From an uncultured Syntrophomonas sp. (GTDB lineage: Bacteria > Bacillota > Syntrophomonadia > Syntrophomonadales > Syntrophomonadaceae), in the NCBI GenBank assembly GCA_964501655.1, contig CAZCTN010000006.1, positions 29,206 through 93,205 of the forward strand: a DNA stretch of 64,000 bases, in the 5' to 3' direction. How positions within the stretch are numbered: position 1 is the stretch's first letter; the number at the start of each line of letters is the position of its first letter. A model generated the notes under the pieces. It made no database searches, was not told the origin of the DNA, and saw nothing but the letters and a program-made list of their open reading frames with translations. A program made the translations under genes and the position numbers. This document shows positions 60,239 through 64,000 of the stretch, piece after piece.

Positions 60239-60712
60239 CTAAGCACTCATGCTGACGGCTAGATCAGCTTTTTCTTCTTCATTCAATATCTTATTCATAT
60301 CCAGCAATATTAACAGTCGGCCGTCGTGTTTTCCTACTCCGGTAATAAACTCCTCGGAAATATTTCCGATCAAGCCCGGGGGCGGTTCGATCCCCTCTAC
60401 CGGCAAACGCAGCACCTCACTTACTTCGTCTACAATAATTCCTACCGTCTGTCCCTCCACCTCAACTACTACACTTCTGGCGTCCACATCAGAATCCGCT
60501 GCTTCCATGTTAAACTTCCTTTTCAAGTCAATAATTGGTATGATCTGCCCCCTTAGATTAATAATCCCTTCGACAAAACACGGGGTTCCAGGCACCTTGG
60601 TGGGAACACTCATAGGTATTATTTCCTGCACATTGACAATTGGCACCCCATATTCGCATATAGTCCCACCACTATTGAGAGTAAATACTACTAATTGAAT
60701 TTCTTCAGCCAT
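60239..60712 (-). CDS. cheW: Chemotaxis coupling protein CheW (stand-alone)
   Basis: CheW-like domain pattern (GVPIVNVQEI..., INLRGQIIPIIDL). Confidence 0.8.
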   Translation of the reverse strand: MAEEIQLVVFTLNSGGTICEYGVPIVNVQEIIPMSVPTKVPGTPCFVEGIINLRGQIIPIIDLKRKFNMEAADSDVDARSVVVEVEGQTVGIIVDEVSEVLRLPVEGIEPPPGLIGNISEEFITGVGKHDGRLLILLDMNKILNEEEKADLAVSMSA

Positions 60713-60880
60713 ATGCCACCTCCTCTACACGCAATTACCAACTATAGACCCATATTGTATAATAATCCTCTTCTACACAAATGGGATATTTCCTTCTTAG
60801 AAAAACAAAAAAATCGGGTTTTTTAGCCCGATTGGAATTATATGGTCTTATTTCCTGCTTAAACCGGCCAGACCTCATAT

Positions 60881-62230
60881 TCAACGCAGCAAGTGCAGTA
60901 TCCAGGTGGAAATAGCCAGGTAGATGGACAAACCGGTGGCATCGGTAATAGAAGTAATTAAAGGATTGCTGGCTACCGCAGGGTCCAGATTTAAACGGGT
61001 CAGAATAAATGGCATCATTACCCCGATTATGTTGGCAACCATAACAATAGTTATCATGGAAATACAGACTATAATTGCGATTTCCGGCCCTCCCCTAATA
61101 ATTCCCAGTACCGCTGCGGCTACCCCCATGGTTAGACCCAAGGCCGCTCCCACACTCAGTTCTTTTAACAGAGTCATTAACCACTGGCCGGGTTCAATGT
61201 CCCCAGTACCCAGAGCACGGACCATCAGGGTGGCCGATTGCGCCCCGGCATTGCCGCCGCTCCCGATCAACAAGGGTATAAAAAAGGTTAAAGCTATGGT
61301 GGAGGCCAGAATTTCCTGGTAAGCAGCCAGGATTTCCAAAGATACCAGGTTGACAAATACCAGGGCAATTAACCAGCTAATTCGCTTTTTAAACAGTTCT
61401 CTGACTCCGGTCTCATAATAACTATTCTTCAAAGGGGTCACAGCCGCCCCTTTATGAAAATCTTCCGTAGCTTCTTCTTCCGCTACGTCCATGACATCGT
61501 CAAAAGTGACGACCCCCAGCAGCACCCCTTCCGAATCCACTACCGGCAGGGCAGACAGGTCATACTTGGACATGGTATAAACAGCTTCTTCCCGGTCTTC
61601 AAAGGCCGGCAGGCTAACAAAGGTATTGTCCATCAATGCTTCTATCCTGGTGTCGGGCGGATTGAATATAAACCGCTGCAATTCCAGGGCATCAAGCAAT
61701 TTCCAGTTTGAATCAGTAACATAGATCACATTCAGAGTCTCACTGTCTTCCTTGCCTTTAGTTCTCACCTGTTCCAGTCCCTGTCCAATGGTCCAGCCCG
61801 GTCTCACTGCAACATAATTCGGAGTCATAATGCGACCGATACTCTCCTCCGGGTATCCCATTAATTCCCGGGTCTTCTCTAATTCCCCTGGGCTCAGAAA
61901 ATTCAGCAGTTTTTGGGTCACCCGGCCAGGCAGCTCTTCAAATAGGTTGGTGCGATCATCCGGTTCCATATTATGCAGGAGGGTCCGAGTTTCTTCATCG
62001 CTCAATGCTGCCAATAGAGCATTGCGCTGGTCTTTCTTGAGATAGGTGAAAACCTCCGACGATATGTCTCGGGGCAGAAGCCGGAAAACCAGGACCTGAT
62101 CAGCTTTATCCAGTTCAAATAAAAATTCGCCGATATCCACTACCGGCCAGGCCGACAGTTCCTCCCGCAGCTTGCCCCATTGCTTGTTTTCTATCAATAT
62201 TTTCAAAGCTGATGTTTCTAGATCCAGCAC
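60881..62230 (-). CDS. mgtE: Magnesium transporter MgtE
   Basis: MgtE_N, CBS pair and C-terminal five-TM channel (GGNAGAQS). Confidence 0.9.
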   Translation of the reverse strand: MLDLETSALKILIENKQWGKLREELSAWPVVDIGEFLFELDKADQVLVFRLLPRDISSEVFTYLKKDQRNALLAALSDEETRTLLHNMEPDDRTNLFEELPGRVTQKLLNFLSPGELEKTRELMGYPEESIGRIMTPNYVAVRPGWTIGQGLEQVRTKGKEDSETLNVIYVTDSNWKLLDALELQRFIFNPPDTRIEALMDNTFVSLPAFEDREEAVYTMSKYDLSALPVVDSEGVLLGVVTFDDVMDVAEEEATEDFHKGAAVTPLKNSYYETGVRELFKKRISWLIALVFVNLVSLEILAAYQEILASTIALTFFIPLLIGSGGNAGAQSATLMVRALGTGDIEPGQWLMTLLKELSVGAALGLTMGVAAAVLGIIRGGPEIAIIVCISMITIVMVANIIGVMMPFILTRLNLDPAVASNPLITSITDATGLSIYLAISTWILHLLR

Positions 62231-62255
62231 TGTGTTACCCCCGCCCGTATAAAAT

Positions 62256-62798
62256 CTAAATGCTTATAAGTCTGGCTGCTGCAAAAAGCTTTTCAGTAAT
62301 GTCGTACATGTTGGCCATGTATCCCGCCTTCATCTTATCCTGTAAATTATAATATTCCAAGCAGCTGGAACTGGAGACAATCTCAACTCCCCTCTTTTCC
62401 AAGAGCTGCAGGTGTTCAAGCACCGGCGAACCCTCACTGACCAGAAATACTCCGCTGTTTATCAGAATTATGGCAGCCGGGACGCTTTCCATGCGAGTAA
62501 TGGAATATAAGAAGCGGTTCATCAGGGTGCTGCCCTGCTGATCATCGCCCCGTCCCAGCACACTGCTTCCTATCAAGACCACCAGATTAGCATACATGCT
62601 GATACTAAGACTGATGTTGCTTACGCTTTCCTCTTTGCCGATATCAATATAGTAGCCCCCGCACAGGTTGGGTGCCTTATCCCTTAACTCAGAGGCTGCT
62701 GCATATCCGGTATCCGAATCTGAACCGGATGCTTTTTCGAACCCTTTGCCGGCTGCTTCCGGGTAAGCTTTTAAGTTTGCATCTATCGGATTTTTCAT
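62256..62798 (-). CDS. Paralog of the YedF C-terminal (DsrE-like) domain with an unrelated N-terminus and no TusA domain
   Basis: VVLIGSSVLGRGDDQQGSTLMNRFLYSI...INSGVFLVSEGSPVLEHLQLLEKRGVEIVSSSSCLEYY aligns with 48490..49083 residues of about 95-197. GGAGAG RBS. Confidence 0.65.
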   Translation of the reverse strand: MKNPIDANLKAYPEAAGKGFEKASGSDSDTGYAAASELRDKAPNLCGGYYIDIGKEESVSNISLSISMYANLVVLIGSSVLGRGDDQQGSTLMNRFLYSITRMESVPAAIILINSGVFLVSEGSPVLEHLQLLEKRGVEIVSSSSCLEYYNLQDKMKAGYMANMYDITEKLFAAARLISI

Positions 62799-63270
62799 GA
62801 TACTACTCTCCTTGAAATGTTCCTCATATTTCCTATTCTATCATACCCCGACTTACCTTAAAGTATCATATAATCAGCTATTTTAACAGTATTATAGGGT
62901 TTCCGCCCATGAAAAAACTGTTATTCTCTTTTAGAGAATGCTGGTTCAGTATCCTGCCCATGTAACTAAAATGATGGAGATATGGAGCAACTGGCTCCTG
63001 GTGCTTGGAGAGCTCATGAAGATAAGTTCTGATCAAGATCCAAAATAAACCCGAGGAAGTCCTGGATAAGATAAATACCTGGAACCCGCTTGGAAGCAGA
63101 AGCCAAGATGCTGGAGCGATGATAAAAACCAAGGCAGGAGAAAAGCCCGGGATGGAGGCGTACCCAGGCACGTCCATTGCACGGGCTTTTTAGCGCAGAT
63201 ATTTGCTTAGTTCCGCAATCGGAGAACATCGATGCTGAGTCTCTGACCAAGGGAGTGTGGCCCCTTGGCT

Positions 63271-64000
63271 TTATTCAATCATTCCCAGGGCCCGGTAAGT
63301 TTCTTCATCTACTACTCCGGTAGGTTCCATATCATGCCATACTTGAAAATATTTAACCGCCAGTTCCGTCATATTGCCAAATCTTCCGTCAGCTCCGTCA
63401 AATTCCACTCCCAATTCCTTGAGCCGGCTCTGGAGGTATACAACCTTCTGACCACTTGATTTCTTCTTCAATTCCACCGGATTTATATCTTCCGGTATCA
63501 TTTTTCCGTCGTTGACTATTTTTACCCGGCAGCCCCAGGGAACCAGCGGATAGAGCTTTTCCACATCCTGGTTAAACATCCGGATACAGCCGTGGGAAGC
63601 ATAACTGCCAATGGAACCGGGCTTATTTGTACCATGAATGCCGAATATACCCCAAGGCACATTCAAGCCCATCCAGCGAGTCCCAAAACCGTTCCCCCAT
63701 CCTACCCCTTTATGAATAACCTTCCATTCACCAATAGGAGTAGGGGTTTTGGATTTCCCCACTGCCACCGGATAGCGGCATACTTCCTGCTCGTCTTCAT
63801 ACAGGACCAGGCTGCGAGCCGACACATCTATAACTATTAACATTCGTCCCTGTTTATCCTGTTCATCACCCGAAACATGTACCGAGTCTTCCCGGGCCAA
63901 TAAGGCGGCCCACACCTGCTCATTGACGATGCCGTTAACTTCAATATTATTAGATAATTGAAACATGCTTATGGTATTGCTGGTAGTACGATCATAGATA
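63271..64000 (-). CDS. L,D-transpeptidase (YkuD) with peptidoglycan-binding domains; the 5' end runs off the right window edge
   Basis: Catalytic HGTNKPGSIGSYASHGCIRM. The frame stays open upstream of the track Met to position 64000 (IYDRTTSNTISMFQ... continues a PG_binding_1 repeat). Confidence 0.85.
   Translation of the reverse strand, partial: IYDRTTSNTISMFQLSNNIEVNGIVNEQVWAALLAREDSVHVSGDEQDKQGRMLIVIDVSARSLVLYEDEQEVCRYPVAVGKSKTPTPIGEWKVIHKGVGWGNGFGTRWMGLNVPWGIFGIHGTNKPGSIGSYASHGCIRMFNQDVEKLYPLVPWGCRVKIVNDGKMIPEDINPVELKKKSSGQKVVYLQSRLKELGVEFDGADGRFGNMTELAVKYFQVWHDMEPTGVVDEETYRALGMIE

Noticed and set aside
62231-63270. M-box (Mg) riboswitch upstream of mgtE
   Set aside because: mgtE starts 25 nt after the preceding gene. 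The leader upstream of that gene shows none of the M-box conserved segments I know, only hairpins that look like terminators.
1-64000. CRISPR arrays, tRNA, rRNA, tmRNA and RNase P
   Set aside because: Scanning by eye, I found no regularly spaced short repeats and no conserved RNA-gene signatures. A covariance-model scan would be needed to be definitive.

Overview
This looks like a chromosomal window from a spore-forming anaerobic Firmicute. That placement is inferred only from gene content: a Spo0E-like gene, acpS-nnr-CBS-alr-mazEF synteny, an 11-subunit nuo operon without nuoEFG, System II cytochrome c biogenesis, and Tat-exported flavoproteins. I saw no rRNA, tRNA or CRISPR array. Layout:

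- **1-9.7 kb (accessory, minus strand):** a giant GLUG-repeat / FN3 / cohesin-like surface-protein gene, followed by an S8 peptidase-RHS fusion gene that runs off the left edge. The surface-protein gene carries a perfect 2.4-kb in-frame tandem duplication, and each copy has the same in-frame TAG.
- **9.87-10.2 kb:** a decayed IS110-family transposase fragment.
- **10.4-20.2 kb:** nuoABCDHIJKLMN on the minus strand. NuoI has an unusual charged tail of about 100 aa.
- **20.5-22.1 kb:** a double-cubane / 2-hydroxyacyl-CoA-dehydratase-family protein plus a DUF3343 protein.
- **22.3-24.3 kb:** an AT-rich islet with a secreted papain-fold peptidase, a membrane-anchored unknown and a tiny membrane protein.
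- **24.37-24.75 kb:** two tandem, homologous, terminator-ended leader elements in front of a TRAP transporter (dctPQM).
- **27.8-37 kb:** a VKOR-thioredoxin fusion, tatA, ccsA/resB, and two paralogous FAD flavoproteins flanking a PucR-type regulator. One flavoprotein is a Tat lipoprotein and the other is cytoplasmic.
- **37-64 kb:** housekeeping genes (tex, map, comEB, panE, alr, acpS, nnr, mgtE, cheW, ldt), a mazEF pair, and a sulfur/selenium plus molybdate trafficking cluster.

Most worth a second look:

1. The amber-interrupted, duplicated surface-protein gene and its S8-RHS partner.
2. The tandem leader RNA upstream of the TRAP transporter.
3. The peptidase islet, together with a 34-bp inverted relic of its 3' end on the far side of the nuo operon.
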